DNA of 63,098 nucleotides, counting the filler, from an uncultured Methanosarcinales archaeon (lineage in GTDB: Archaea > Nanobdellota > Nanobdellia > Woesearchaeales > CAYNLP01): NCBI GenBank assembly GCA_964398115.1. It is 3 parts of 3 records of this genome, joined end to end, with 100 filler letters (N's around TTAATTAATTAA, not from the genome) between each part and the next. Parts side by side here need not be neighbours in the genome. Positions count along the whole stretch, not along the records: positions 1 to 29,944 come from CAYNLP010000010.1; 2 more parts are not named here. One strand, given 5' to 3'. Positions 10,383 through 20,629 of this stretch are shown here, piece after piece (position 1 is the stretch's first letter; every line of letters begins with the position of its first letter). Made by a program: the position numbers and the translations under genes. Below the pieces are notes generated by a model. That model worked only from the letters and a program-made list of their open reading frames with translations, did not search any database and had not been told where the DNA came from.

Positions 10383-12560
10383 ATGAAGAAGTTACTGTTG
10401 ACAGTCACACTCTTTATATTAATACCAGGAGTTAATGCAGTAAGTGTTAATTTAAGTATTGACTCTCCTCAAACTAATGGTTTCTACACCTCGCCTTTTG
10501 ACGCGACTGCTGAAGCGAATAATTCTAATGCTAATGTAAGTATTTTTTTCAATAATTCGGAATTAGGGAATGGAACGGGCGCAGTAACGGCATCTATACC
10601 AACTTCTAATACAGAAGGAAAGTTTACTATCGAAGCAACGGCTGAATTTAGTGAATCACAAGATTCTGAAGTAAATGATTCTATCAAGATAGATACAAAA
10701 GACCCGCGACTACCTGAAGGCTTATCACCTTCTGACATATTCAATGACACAAAAGTTGGCCATAATAAATCATTTGAAATTAGTCTGAGAATTAATGATA
10801 CTTTCTTAGATTATGTAAGAGCTGGAGAAGATAGTATTGAAAGTATTAATGTTAATCTTTCTGATTCAGGAAGTAGTTGGGAAGTTACTACCACTCCAAA
10901 TGATTTGGGATGTGATGCTAACAGTAATTGCTCAATTCAGATTGAAGCTTTTGATGAAGCCGATAACAATGATTGGTTTTCGAAGACTTTAGAGGTAGCA
11001 GAGACAACAGACGGGACTGATAATGGAACTGATAGTTTCAAGATAAATATTTCTAGTCCTGCTAATGGTTCTGTTTTGGAGAATAGTGTTTTTCCTTTTG
11101 ATGTCACGATTGACACTGGTGGGAAAGGTTTGAGCGCGTGTAATTACTTCTTGTATGATGAAAATAATCTTGTTAATCAAAGTGGTAATCTTGCGGATGA
11201 TGATTTCAACAAAAGTGGACAAGTTCACACTTTGATAGGTAAGAGATTGACTGGCGTGCACGACGGTGAATACAGGTTGAGCTTAGTTTGTCAAAGAGGT
11301 GATGAAGAGGAAGATTATGAGGTTTCTTCTAATTTTGTAGTTGTTGACAGTACGCCACCAAATTTGAAGATGAGCTTTGATCATGTGACTAACACGTCAG
11401 CTAACGTTACTATTAACAGCACTGAGGCTTTCAGGATTGATAGTTTGGAGTACAAAGTTTTAGGTGGTGCTAACGCTACAAGTATTAGCCATGGAGACGG
11501 TTTTGTGAACACGTTTAATTTTAAACTTTCTAATCTTTCTCCTGCTACAGAATACGTGGTTCAAGTGATTGGAACAGATTGGGCGGATAGGAAAGACCAA
11601 ACTGATTTTAGATCTACGGGTAACTTCATGACTGAAGGCGGTGAGGAAAATGAAAGTCAAGAAAAGTCACTTGAGAAAATTGTGGCTCAAGGAAGGAATT
11701 TTACGAATAAAGTTTTGAAAGGTTTGAATTATAGTCATGGGATTTCTAGTATTAGTAGTGAGGAACCCGCGGAGGTTAACATCGGTAATTTTGACATGAA
11801 TATTAGGAAGTTAATTATAAACGTGAGGGAAGATATTAGGAATGTTAAGTTGGACATCCGATCCAGCAATACTTCGCCGTCTTGGTTGAATGGTTCAAGG
11901 CCGAGTAACAGTAGCGTTTTTGAATACTATCAGATAGATGAAGAAAACGCCCCTTCTCATTTGATAAGGTGGGTGAAAATTAGGTTTGAAGTTAGTCAAG
12001 TATGGTTGCAGGATAATGACATTAATACTGAAAGTATCGCGCTTTACAGGTATGAAGGAAAAGATGGTTGGAGGCAGTTACCTACTAGTTTAGAGGATGA
12101 AGGAGCGTTGTTACATACTTATCAATCTTTGAGTAACGGATTCAGTATTTTTGCCGTAGCTGCGGAGAAAGAGGAGAAAGAAAGTGTAGATGAAGCTGTA
12201 AGAGATATAGAGATAGCTGAAGCTGAGGGTTCAAGTAATGAAAGTACGGAAGTTAACACTACTGAACAAGTCCAGACGGAGGAGAGTAGTGAAGAAAGTG
12301 GATTGCCTTGGTATTGGTGGATTATCGGGATTTTTATAATACTGGTTTTGGGGATTTTAACGTATTATGTATCTATAAGTGTGAGTCCTTCAGGTGAAGA
12401 GTTGGAAGATCATAAAGTTGTAAAGGCTCATATGCAGCGTTTGGAAGAGTTTGTAGATGAAGCTTTGAAAAAAGGTTATAGTAAGAAGGACTTGAGAGAG
12501 CGCTTGGTAGAGAGCGGTTGGGATAAGAAACTAGTTGATTTTGTGTTAAGAAGGAAATAA
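10383..12560 (+). CDS. Cell-surface protein with Ig-like domains, PGF-pre-PGF-like domain, TM anchor and short cytoplasmic domain
   Basis: Signal peptide; many N-x-S/T sequons; W..LPT and GFSIFAV motifs; C-terminal TM then KGYS..L...L...GW. Confidence 0.8.
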   Translation: MKKLLLTVTLFILIPGVNAVSVNLSIDSPQTNGFYTSPFDATAEANNSNANVSIFFNNSELGNGTGAVTASIPTSNTEGKFTIEATAEFSESQDSEVNDSIKIDTKDPRLPEGLSPSDIFNDTKVGHNKSFEISLRINDTFLDYVRAGEDSIESINVNLSDSGSSWEVTTTPNDLGCDANSNCSIQIEAFDEADNNDWFSKTLEVAETTDGTDNGTDSFKINISSPANGSVLENSVFPFDVTIDTGGKGLSACNYFLYDENNLVNQSGNLADDDFNKSGQVHTLIGKRLTGVHDGEYRLSLVCQRGDEEEDYEVSSNFVVVDSTPPNLKMSFDHVTNTSANVTINSTEAFRIDSLEYKVLGGANATSISHGDGFVNTFNFKLSNLSPATEYVVQVIGTDWADRKDQTDFRSTGNFMTEGGEENESQEKSLEKIVAQGRNFTNKVLKGLNYSHGISSISSEEPAEVNIGNFDMNIRKLIINVREDIRNVKLDIRSSNTSPSWLNGSRPSNSSVFEYYQIDEENAPSHLIRWVKIRFEVSQVWLQDNDINTESIALYRYEGKDGWRQLPTSLEDEGALLHTYQSLSNGFSIFAVAAEKEEKESVDEAVRDIEIAEAEGSSNESTEVNTTEQVQTEESSEESGLPWYWWIIGIFIILVLGILTYYVSISVSPSGEELEDHKVVKAHMQRLEEFVDEALKKGYSKKDLRERLVESGWDKKLVDFVLRRK

Positions 12561-12588
12561 TTTAAAAGAAGGTTTTTTCTACAGTTTT

Positions 12589-12903
12589 ATGGAAAAAGAA
12601 AAGGTTGCTTCAGCTTTGTGCTATCTCTTTATAGGTTTGTTCTGGTACATTTTTGATAAACAATTGCAGGATGATGATTTTGTTCGGTTTCATGCTAAAC
12701 AAGCGTTTAATTTGTTTTTGATAACTATTGGTGGAGGTATATTATTGCTTTCTGTTATGATGATAACAGTTGTCTTGGCGCCTATAGTGGCTGCTTTACT
12801 AGTGGTTTTGGATTTGATAGGGATATTTTACTCTGTTACTGGACGAAAGGAAGAACTTCCTTTAATTGGAAGTTGGGCTTATAAGTATTTGACTAAAGAA
12901 TAA
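12589..12903 (+). CDS. DUF4870-like small membrane protein
   Basis: ALCY, FVRFHAKQ and ELPLIG motifs. Confidence 0.8.
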   Translation: MEKEKVASALCYLFIGLFWYIFDKQLQDDDFVRFHAKQAFNLFLITIGGGILLLSVMMITVVLAPIVAALLVVLDLIGIFYSVTGRKEELPLIGSWAYKYLTKE

Positions 12904-12946
12904 AGTATTTAAACTGTTACTTGTAAAGTAATAACCGAGGGGGTGT

Positions 12947-13813
12947 TTGAAGGTGGAAATTTTTGTTGACACGGCTGATATTGAAGAAATTAAGGAAGCT
13001 ATAGATTCTGGAGTTGTAGATGGTGTTACGACAAATCCTAGCTTGATTAAAAAAGCTCAGAGAGAGTACGAAATTGAGGATATGGAGGACTACATTTCTC
13101 AAATATTGGATGTTTGTGGTGACCTCCCAGTTAGTTTAGAAGTTACGGAAACCAGTTATGAGGGTATGAAGAAAGAAGCTAAACAGTTGAATAAAATGTT
13201 TAAGCGTAAGGGGAATCACGTTGTTAAAATTCCTGTTAATCCTAGTGATGATTATGATAATCCTGAGAGTTTTGAAGGTTTGAAATTGATTAAAGAACTT
13301 TCTGAGGATGGAATTCCTATTAATACTACGGTTGTTATGAGTCCTGAGCAGGCTGTTTTGGCTGCTAAAGCAGGTGCTGATTATGTAAGCCCGTTTGCTG
13401 GTCGTATTGATGATTACATTCGTAGGACTGAGCATGGTAGGGAGAGAGGTGAAGATTTTGAAAAGTGGGAGTATTATCCTAGTGAAGGTCGTCAGAAAGA
13501 TGATGGTACAGTGGCTCATGACAATGGTGTTGTGAGCGGTGTTGACATGGTTTGGAAAATTAGTCAAATCTTTGACACTTATGATTTTGATTGTAAAGTC
13601 TTGGCTGCTTCGACTAGGAATACGAGGCAGGTTCGTGAATTCATGCTTGCCGGGGCTGATGTTTGTACCATGCCGTTCCATGTGTTAAAGAGTTTGACTT
13701 CTCATTATAAGACTGTGGAGGGCGTGATTAGTTTTGAGAAGGATACAGTGCCGGATTATAAGGAGTTATTAGAGGAGAAGAAACGGTTTTCTATAAACTT
13801 TTCAAGTGATTAA
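12947..13813 (+). CDS. tal: Transaldolase (short TalC/MipB type, with insertions); TTG start
   Basis: FVDTA, GVTTNPS and VKIP (Schiff-base Lys); Glu in SLEV and Phe in SPFAGR favour transaldolase over fructose-6-phosphate aldolase. Confidence 0.88.
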   Translation: MKVEIFVDTADIEEIKEAIDSGVVDGVTTNPSLIKKAQREYEIEDMEDYISQILDVCGDLPVSLEVTETSYEGMKKEAKQLNKMFKRKGNHVVKIPVNPSDDYDNPESFEGLKLIKELSEDGIPINTTVVMSPEQAVLAAKAGADYVSPFAGRIDDYIRRTEHGRERGEDFEKWEYYPSEGRQKDDGTVAHDNGVVSGVDMVWKISQIFDTYDFDCKVLAASTRNTRQVREFMLAGADVCTMPFHVLKSLTSHYKTVEGVISFEKDTVPDYKELLEEKKRFSINFSSD

Positions 13814-13863
13814 CTACTCTTGAATAGAAAACTTTTTAAATCTGTTTGGTTTTTTGCAGGTAT

Positions 13864-15126
13864 ATGCTAAACAAGAAGCTACTATTGGCAACTGTAATAT
13901 TCTCAGTGTTTATAGTATCTTGTCAACCAGGGTCTGTAAATATAAATAATACTAATCAGACGAATGCTTCTTTTGGAACGAACACTTCTGTAAACAATTC
14001 TGAAAACTACACTCCGGATAATGGATATAGTGAGGATAACTTGTCACCTATAAGAGTGGATAGGGGGGTTAAAATAAACGAATCTAATTATTCAGTTGTC
14101 GTAACAGGTGTTGAAGGTGAACTTATAAAGTTAGAACCTGAAGCGATTGATCCTGATGGAGATGTTGTAAGCTTTAATTATACTAAACCATTTAACGAGG
14201 AGGGAGAGTGGAAGACTGAACTTGGAGATGCAGGACGGTACTTAGTTACTGTCAGTGCATTTGATGGTGAGGCAACTACTAGGCAAAAAGTCTTGGTTGA
14301 AATAGAGAGGAAGAATAGAAAACCTCATGTGAGTTGTCCTGATAAGATTACCGTTACGGAAACAGAATACGTTACCATAAACTGTAATATTCAAGATCCG
14401 GAAGGAGATGAAGTCGTTACTATATATAGGGGTTTTATGACTACTAAGAGGTACCAGACAACTTTCGATGATGAAGGAACTCACGAGGTTTATGTGACTA
14501 GCTGGGATAAGAAAAACGTGAATGAGAAAGTTGAAGAAACGGTTAAGGTTGTGGTTAAAGATTTGAATAGGGAACCCAAGGTTAGTTTTGACTTTGGAAG
14601 AGTTATTAATGCTAAAGAAGGAGATGTTGTTAGTGTCCAGCCTAACGTTACTGATCCTGATGGAGATAATGTAAGTATTCAATATAGCGAACCGTTTAAT
14701 GACGATGGTGTATGGAATACTGAAATTGGCGATGCCGGCAAGTACAATTCTAGCGTTGTCGTGACAGATGGGGAAAATGTTGTTAAGAAAGTTTTCCAAG
14801 TTGACTTAGCGGTTAAAAATACTGCTCCGCGTCTTGAAGTTCAGGATGAGATTAGAGTAGAGGAAGGTGACAGAATAACGTTAGATATTCAGACTTTCGA
14901 TAGAGAGGATGACGATGTTGATGTTGAAATTTCTGGATTTATGACAAGCGAGTCTTACACCGCGACTTATGACGACGCTTACCCCGGTGGTTGTAATGTT
15001 AAAGGTTGTACGGCTCACTATACCGTGACTGTAAGAGCTAGTGATGGAAGGTTGGAAAATACTAAAACAGTGGATATCTACATAGAGGATAAGAACAGGC
15101 CTCCTATCTTTAGAAGTCCAGCATGA
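13864..15126 (+). CDS. Secreted lipoprotein with tandem Ig/cadherin-like (DPDGD) repeats
   Basis: Lipobox-like IVSC; repeated D(P/R)(D/E)GD...N(R/T)xP units. Confidence 0.8.
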   Translation: MLNKKLLLATVIFSVFIVSCQPGSVNINNTNQTNASFGTNTSVNNSENYTPDNGYSEDNLSPIRVDRGVKINESNYSVVVTGVEGELIKLEPEAIDPDGDVVSFNYTKPFNEEGEWKTELGDAGRYLVTVSAFDGEATTRQKVLVEIERKNRKPHVSCPDKITVTETEYVTINCNIQDPEGDEVVTIYRGFMTTKRYQTTFDDEGTHEVYVTSWDKKNVNEKVEETVKVVVKDLNREPKVSFDFGRVINAKEGDVVSVQPNVTDPDGDNVSIQYSEPFNDDGVWNTEIGDAGKYNSSVVVTDGENVVKKVFQVDLAVKNTAPRLEVQDEIRVEEGDRITLDIQTFDREDDDVDVEISGFMTSESYTATYDDAYPGGCNVKGCTAHYTVTVRASDGRLENTKTVDIYIEDKNRPPIFRSPA

Positions 15127-15638
15127 TGTTAGAAGAGTTAATTGATAAAATTCTTTTCAAGCAAGAAAGAGTTGGCGAGAATGGCGAGTCTTTTATGATC
15201 TACAAGATCAGGACTATGGACCCTGACGTGGAAGTTTCTGATGAAAGATTAAGAAATGCGTGGAATAATAATCCTTATGGTAAAGTAGAAGATGATCCTA
15301 GAATCACTCCTTGGGGTAAGTATTTGAGACGTTGGGGTATTGATGAAATCCCTCAGTTAGTTAATGTTTGTAAGGGTGAGATGAGTGTTGTAGGTCCGCG
15401 GCCAGTGACACCTGAAGTATTTGAAACTTGGCCAGATAGTTTTCAGGAGAGATGGATTGATTACAAGCCTGGCTTGGTTCCTCCATACCTTGCAGAGGGT
15501 GTTTCTGATCCTGAAGATATTTTAGAATGTAGTATTGAGTATTTTGACAGGAAGGATGAAAATCCTGTTTTGACGGATGTTTCTTATCTTGTGCGAGGAG
15601 TTTATAATTTCTTGACAGGTCGGGTTAAGACGAAATAG
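15123..15638 (+). CDS. Bacterial sugar transferase (phosphoglycosyl transferase) catalytic domain
   Basis: FKQERVG, YKIRTM, DPRIT, IDEIPQL.NV..GEMSVVGPRP and KPGL motifs. Confidence 0.9.
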   Translation: MMLEELIDKILFKQERVGENGESFMIYKIRTMDPDVEVSDERLRNAWNNNPYGKVEDDPRITPWGKYLRRWGIDEIPQLVNVCKGEMSVVGPRPVTPEVFETWPDSFQERWIDYKPGLVPPYLAEGVSDPEDILECSIEYFDRKDENPVLTDVSYLVRGVYNFLTGRVKTK

Positions 15639-15677
15639 TAAAAACTTTTAATGAAACAAGTTTTTTTCTTTTAACGT

Positions 15678-16391
15678 ATGAAAATCAGTTTTTTCGAAGA
15701 ATTTCCTGAAATAGAGAATTTGGAAAAGTTGGAAATGGTTGGTTTCGATACTACTGTCTTTCTGGCTTGTGAAAGCGTTTCAGAATTTCGTGAATTAGAG
15801 GAAAAAGTTAAAGGTATTAATGAAGGTGTTGAGTGTGCTTATTGGCCTGTTTTGAAAGAGAGTGAGGGTTATTGGATGAGTCCTTTTAGCGACCCTGAAG
15901 CTTTGGACAGGGTTATTGATGAACTGCGAGAAGAAAAGGATTTGAAGGTTTTGTGGGATGCTGAACTTCCTTTTTTGCGGAGTAGTCTTTTCTGGAAGAA
16001 TCTGATTTATTTCTTTAGGAATAAGAGAAAGATTAGAAATTTTTTATCTGAGAAGTCTGGTGAATTGACTTTTTATAGTGCGGAATTTTTTAGTCATGAG
16101 TGGTTGATGAAAGCTTTGGGTGTTTCTTTTGATGAAAACGTTATTAAGACTCCGATGTGCTATACTAGTTTTGTTCCTGGTGCGAAGAGTGCTTTGAAAA
16201 AGTTGGATAGTAGAGCTGTGGGTCTTGGCTTGATCGCTAAAGGTGTGGGGCCGACGGATAGGGTTTTTGAGCCTAGTGATTTAAGAGAAGATTTAGAATT
16301 GGCTGAGAGTAATGGTGTTAACGAGGCTATTATTTTTCGCCTTGGGGGTTTGAATGAAGATTACTTAGAGGTTATAGAGGATTTTGTATGA
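15678..16391 (+). CDS. Hypothetical protein, possibly TIM-barrel
   Basis: 237-aa ORF; overlaps the next gene by ATGA. Confidence 0.65.
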   Translation: MKISFFEEFPEIENLEKLEMVGFDTTVFLACESVSEFRELEEKVKGINEGVECAYWPVLKESEGYWMSPFSDPEALDRVIDELREEKDLKVLWDAELPFLRSSLFWKNLIYFFRNKRKIRNFLSEKSGELTFYSAEFFSHEWLMKALGVSFDENVIKTPMCYTSFVPGAKSALKKLDSRAVGLGLIAKGVGPTDRVFEPSDLREDLELAESNGVNEAIIFRLGGLNEDYLEVIEDFV

Positions 16392-17212
16392 GGAAGGAAA
16401 GCTTTGATCTTGGAAGCCACACTGGTTGGGTTTATGATTATTTGGATGAGCCCGTGGGTGATGATGAGGATGAATATGTTGAGAGGGTGGTTGATAAAGT
16501 GCCGGAGATTGGCGATATCGGCTTTGGTGGTTATGCGCAAAAGCAGGGTTTGATGGCTCAGTTAAGAAGTCATGTCTTTAGTGACAGTGGTGAGTTTGAA
16601 GAGTATGAAGTTCCTGAGTACTTGGATATTTTGAAGGATGGTTTGAGGGAGTGTGAGCACTTGTTTAAGAATGATTTGTTCATTTTTGTTTTCCCTACTT
16701 TTAATGAGTTTATTTTGGAGGAGATGAATGGTGTGAGTGGTTATTGTCAGTGGCGTAACACTATTTTATTATTTGTCAATCCTGTTAGTGGGTGGCGTAG
16801 GGCTTTGAAGGAGTGTGTCGTTCATGAGGCTTGTCATGCTATCAGGTTGAATGATTTTGAGTGGGATGATTTGAAAGATGGCTTGGTTTTTGAAGGTTTG
16901 GCGGAGCATTTTAGAGAGTATTTTGTTGGTGGTGAAAAAGCTAATTGGGTTGAAAAATTCACTAAGGAGGAGGCTTTGGATCATTTGGATGAAATAAAAA
17001 ATGATTTTGCCAGTCAGGATCGTGAGGTTTATAAGGAAGTTTTTTATGGTACTGGGGATTATCCGCATTGGATTGGTTATAGTATTGGTTATTACATTGT
17101 TGAAGGATATTTAGAAAGTTTGGAAAGTGTGGGTTGGGAGGAGGTTTTGGAGACTCCTCCTCATAGGATTATTATTGAAAGTCCTTTTACTACTCCACTA
17201 GCCAGGGAATAG
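16388..17212 (+). CDS. DUF2268-type Zn-dependent protease
   Basis: HEACH (HExxH), EGLAE and GYSIGY motifs. Confidence 0.85.
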   Translation: MRKESFDLGSHTGWVYDYLDEPVGDDEDEYVERVVDKVPEIGDIGFGGYAQKQGLMAQLRSHVFSDSGEFEEYEVPEYLDILKDGLRECEHLFKNDLFIFVFPTFNEFILEEMNGVSGYCQWRNTILLFVNPVSGWRRALKECVVHEACHAIRLNDFEWDDLKDGLVFEGLAEHFREYFVGGEKANWVEKFTKEEALDHLDEIKNDFASQDREVYKEVFYGTGDYPHWIGYSIGYYIVEGYLESLESVGWEEVLETPPHRIIIESPFTTPLARE

Positions 17213-18554
17213 ATTTTTTCACGTTTTCGTATGTTTCTTTGTCATCTAGTTTTTTGCAAGAGGCTTTGACTATTCTTTTTAGCCTTTCTGGTTTTTTCGC
17301 GAAGCTTATCATTCGGAATTTCCCTATTTCGCTGTATGGTCCCATATTTCCTGGTATGTTTCCTTCTGGGAATTTTTTATTGTAGAGTGTGTTGCCGAGT
17401 TTTTGTTTTAAGTCTTTGAAAGTTCCTGGATTGGTTTGTACGTTGTAGCTTACGAGTTGGACATTTTCGTGTCTTTCTTGCAGTTTCTCGTATACGTAGG
17501 CTATGGGGCTTGCTCCGGTCATTCTGGCGTTGCATTCTGTTGGGACGTATGGTGGGTGGTCGGTGTCTAGTTGTGGTGTTTTTATGAAGTCGAAACCGAC
17601 GGTTTCTCCTTTGAATCCTCTTCTTCTCATGGCATCGGCTAGTTTCTTTCCTGTTTTGAAGAGGTAGTCTTCGTCTTTTTTTGGTAGTCCGCTTGGGTAG
17701 AAGTTTCCTAGGTGTACGTGGTTTTCATCTAGTACTTGTCCGCTTACTGGGCTTAAGACTTCTATTCCTTTTTTCTTTACTCTGAATATTTGGCTGGGAC
17801 TGACTTCTGCTTCGTGGTAGGGTTCTATTAGGAACTTGTCTGCTTCGTCGTCGTTTTTGATGAACTTTATCGTTTCTTTTATTTCGTTTTTGGTACAGGT
17901 TTTGTTTGCGCTACTGCTTGCACCGATGTTTCCTCGTATGAATATTTTGTCTCCGTATTCTTCGAATGCTTGTTTTAATTTTTTCTTTATCTCTTTCTCT
18001 TTTTTGTTTTCTATTATTTTGTGTGGTAGTGTGGTGATGTCTAGTTCGTCGCAGAGTTTTTTGAAGTAGACTTTGTCGTTAAATTTTTGGCTTAACTTGG
18101 TTGTGGTTCCTGAGTATTCTGCTCCTATGTATTGTGCGAATTCTTTTACGTGGTCGGAGCTACTGAATGGTATTACTACTTTTGGTTTTCCGATTGTGTC
18201 TTTCTTTATCTTTTGGGCTACTTCGCTTTTGAGATCATTGTCTTCTGATAGTCTTTTCATCACTGGTGTGTTGTCTTCACTATCTCCTACAGCTATTATG
18301 TTTCCGGGTTTTGGTCCGAATCCTATTGTGTTTAAGTATTTCACCCATTCTTTGTCGTATTGTTTGTCGTGGATTATGACTTTGTCTTGTTTTCTGGCTA
18401 GTAGTATGAATCGTTGGTCGTATTTGCTGGCTCCGTCTACTTTGTTTAGGATTCCTTGGAGACCGTCTACTCCGTAAACGTCGCCGCTGAGAATTCTGAT
18501 CTTGTTTTTGTATCCAGAGTCGTAGCTTTTTACTGGTCTGCTTTTGAGTTTCAC
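17190..18554 (-). CDS. ATP-grasp fold ligase (PGM1 peptide-ligase-like); GTG start
   Basis: PF..S, NDKVYFK, LIEPY, SPS, GNFYP, GFDFI and ECNARMTG motifs. Confidence 0.75.
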   Translation of the reverse strand: MKLKSRPVKSYDSGYKNKIRILSGDVYGVDGLQGILNKVDGASKYDQRFILLARKQDKVIIHDKQYDKEWVKYLNTIGFGPKPGNIIAVGDSEDNTPVMKRLSEDNDLKSEVAQKIKKDTIGKPKVVIPFSSSDHVKEFAQYIGAEYSGTTTKLSQKFNDKVYFKKLCDELDITTLPHKIIENKKEKEIKKKLKQAFEEYGDKIFIRGNIGASSSANKTCTKNEIKETIKFIKNDDEADKFLIEPYHEAEVSPSQIFRVKKKGIEVLSPVSGQVLDENHVHLGNFYPSGLPKKDEDYLFKTGKKLADAMRRRGFKGETVGFDFIKTPQLDTDHPPYVPTECNARMTGASPIAYVYEKLQERHENVQLVSYNVQTNPGTFKDLKQKLGNTLYNKKFPEGNIPGNMGPYSEIGKFRMISFAKKPERLKRIVKASCKKLDDKETYENVKKSIPWLVE

Positions 18555-18587
18555 GGTTGTGAATGTTCAGATTTAGAACTTTATATA

Positions 18588-18953
18588 TTATGGGGTGTAT
18601 GTGTTTTTGAAGTATTTTAGGAATTTTTCTGTTTTTGGTTTGAGTCTGGGTTTGGTTGAGAGTATGTTTTGTCCTAGTCCTTTGTTTTCTCTTAGGTAGT
18701 TGTTGTATAGTGTTGCCCATAGTAGGGCTTCTCTGGTGTATTGTGCTTGTTCTTCGTCTTTTATTTGTGTTGTGTCTATAGATTGGGTTATCTCTGCTAG
18801 TGTTTTTTTATCTGCTGGTTTTCCAGATAGAATAGTTTCTAAGTGTCCTAAGAATGATTTGAATTTTGGATTGTTTCTTATTTCGATTGTGGAGTCTAAG
18901 TTTATCTCTTCGACTTTGAAGTTTTCTAGTATGTTTGTGTCGTTTTTGAACAT
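18588..18953 (-). CDS. Hypothetical protein
   Basis: 121-aa ORF with TATA-like sequence upstream. Confidence 0.6.
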   Translation of the reverse strand: MFKNDTNILENFKVEEINLDSTIEIRNNPKFKSFLGHLETILSGKPADKKTLAEITQSIDTTQIKDEEQAQYTREALLWATLYNNYLRENKGLGQNILSTKPRLKPKTEKFLKYFKNTYTP

Positions 18954-19035
18954 GTCAGTTTTAGAGAAAAATCTTTTGTTTATAACTTTTTCTATTCTTG
19001 TTTACTTTTGAGTGAAAACAACTTTTTCTAAATGT

Positions 19036-19066
19036 TTATTGTCTATATAGAAGAATAATTAGTGGT
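19036..19066. promoter_or_regulatory. Repeated imperfect palindrome, copy A (TTATTGTCTATATAGAAGAATAATTAGTGGT)
   Basis: Near-identical to the reverse complement of 30728-30758 and similar to 22533-22554. Confidence 0.65.
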
Positions 19067-19102
19067 AAACATTTTTATACCGCTCCATTTTTCCTTTATT
19101 TT

Positions 19103-20629
19103 ATGAATAAATATCACATAATGGTATTGGTGATGGTGTTGCCGTTAGTGGGGGCGCATACAGCACACTTTGAAAATAGTGGGCAACCGTGCAATTTTGA
19201 CAATCCTCAATGGAGAGAGGATTTAAACATTGATGGTGTAGATGTCGAGGCGGATCCTAGTTGTGAACCAGATAATCCTTATGTAGTAGCGAGTGTTGTG
19301 AAAGGTACTAATAAAGTTTCTAAAAATACTTTGATGGATTCTGGTTTGTCTAAAGACGCTGTGGTGAAAGGTGAAGATGTTGATGGGGATGGCGACCCTG
19401 ATAAGATAAACATAACTTTAGAAGTTATAGGTTTGAATGAGGGACGTAATCAAAGCCTTCCTTATGCGATTGCTCCGGGGATACAACCAAGCTTTTGGAC
19501 GTTTGCTCCTAAGACGAGAGGTATGGCTAGTGAGGGTGCGGCTAGTGGATTATTAAGGATGCCTGCTCCGAGTATAAGGGTGGAAAAAGGTGATGATATC
19601 AATGTCATATTAGAAAACACTCATTACATGCCTCATACGATTCATTTGCATGGTGTAGATCATGAATTCTTAGATAAAATGGGGGAAGGTAACGATGGAG
19701 TTCCTCATGCTAGTGAAAATCCTTTGCTTCCAGGGGAACGTAGGGTTTACGATATAAAGCCTAGGGTTACTGGAACTAATTTTTATCATTGTCATGTCCA
19801 GCCAGACACACATGTATTAATGGGTTTGCAAGGCATGTTCATAGTTGAAGAGAATTTGAATAATAACACTTTACAAACTTTAAATCCAGGAGCTGGTAAG
19901 GTAAGGCATGACAGAGGACGTTTGTCAGAATATGACTTACACTATCAAGGTGTTGATAAAGAATTACATGAAATTCCTAAAAGTAGTAATGACGCCGCTG
20001 TCATTGCGAGAAAGATTAATCGTGAGTATGACGTTACTGAGAGAACCTCTGATTACTTTTTGCTTAATGGGAGGAGTTTTCCTTACACGTTGCGTGAAAG
20101 CCAAGTGATTGTGGAGCCGAATAAAAGTTATCGTTTGAGAGTTTTAAATGGAGGTAGTGAAACGATTAGTTTGCACACGCATGGTCACAAGTTCTTGGTT
20201 GATAGTTTAGATGGTGTTGAACTAGAGGATAAGTATTACCGTGATGTTTTAGGTTTGACTGCTGCTCAACGAGCAGATATTATTTTGAACACGACGAATG
20301 ATGGTTTGAATAGTTATGATGAAGGTGTTTGGTTCATGCATGATCATCGAGAGCAGGGTGTTACTAATGATGGTATGAGTCCTGGAGGTACGGTTTCGTT
20401 AATAACTTATGAGAAGTTTTTGAAACCAAATGGGATGCCTACTACTTTCGGTGTTGGTTTAGATAAGTTGTTTAATGAAAGTTTTTATGAACGAGAAATT
20501 CCTGTTTGGGAGGAATATAGTGGTGGAATGTTTGAAGAGCGTAAAGATTCAAACTTGGAAGTGTTATTTCTTTTGCTAGGATTGATTTTTGGAACGGCTA
20601 TTGGTTTGGAGTGGTACTATGAAAATTGA
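19103..20629 (+). CDS. Secreted, membrane-anchored two-domain multicopper oxidase
   Basis: HTIHLHG and YHCHVQPDTHVLMG (type 1 Cu site) in domain 1; LHTHGH and MHDH in domain 2; signal peptide; C-terminal TM. Confidence 0.9.
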   Translation: MNKYHIMVLVMVLPLVGAHTAHFENSGQPCNFDNPQWREDLNIDGVDVEADPSCEPDNPYVVASVVKGTNKVSKNTLMDSGLSKDAVVKGEDVDGDGDPDKINITLEVIGLNEGRNQSLPYAIAPGIQPSFWTFAPKTRGMASEGAASGLLRMPAPSIRVEKGDDINVILENTHYMPHTIHLHGVDHEFLDKMGEGNDGVPHASENPLLPGERRVYDIKPRVTGTNFYHCHVQPDTHVLMGLQGMFIVEENLNNNTLQTLNPGAGKVRHDRGRLSEYDLHYQGVDKELHEIPKSSNDAAVIARKINREYDVTERTSDYFLLNGRSFPYTLRESQVIVEPNKSYRLRVLNGGSETISLHTHGHKFLVDSLDGVELEDKYYRDVLGLTAAQRADIILNTTNDGLNSYDEGVWFMHDHREQGVTNDGMSPGGTVSLITYEKFLKPNGMPTTFGVGLDKLFNESFYEREIPVWEEYSGGMFEERKDSNLEVLFLLLGLIFGTAIGLEWYYEN

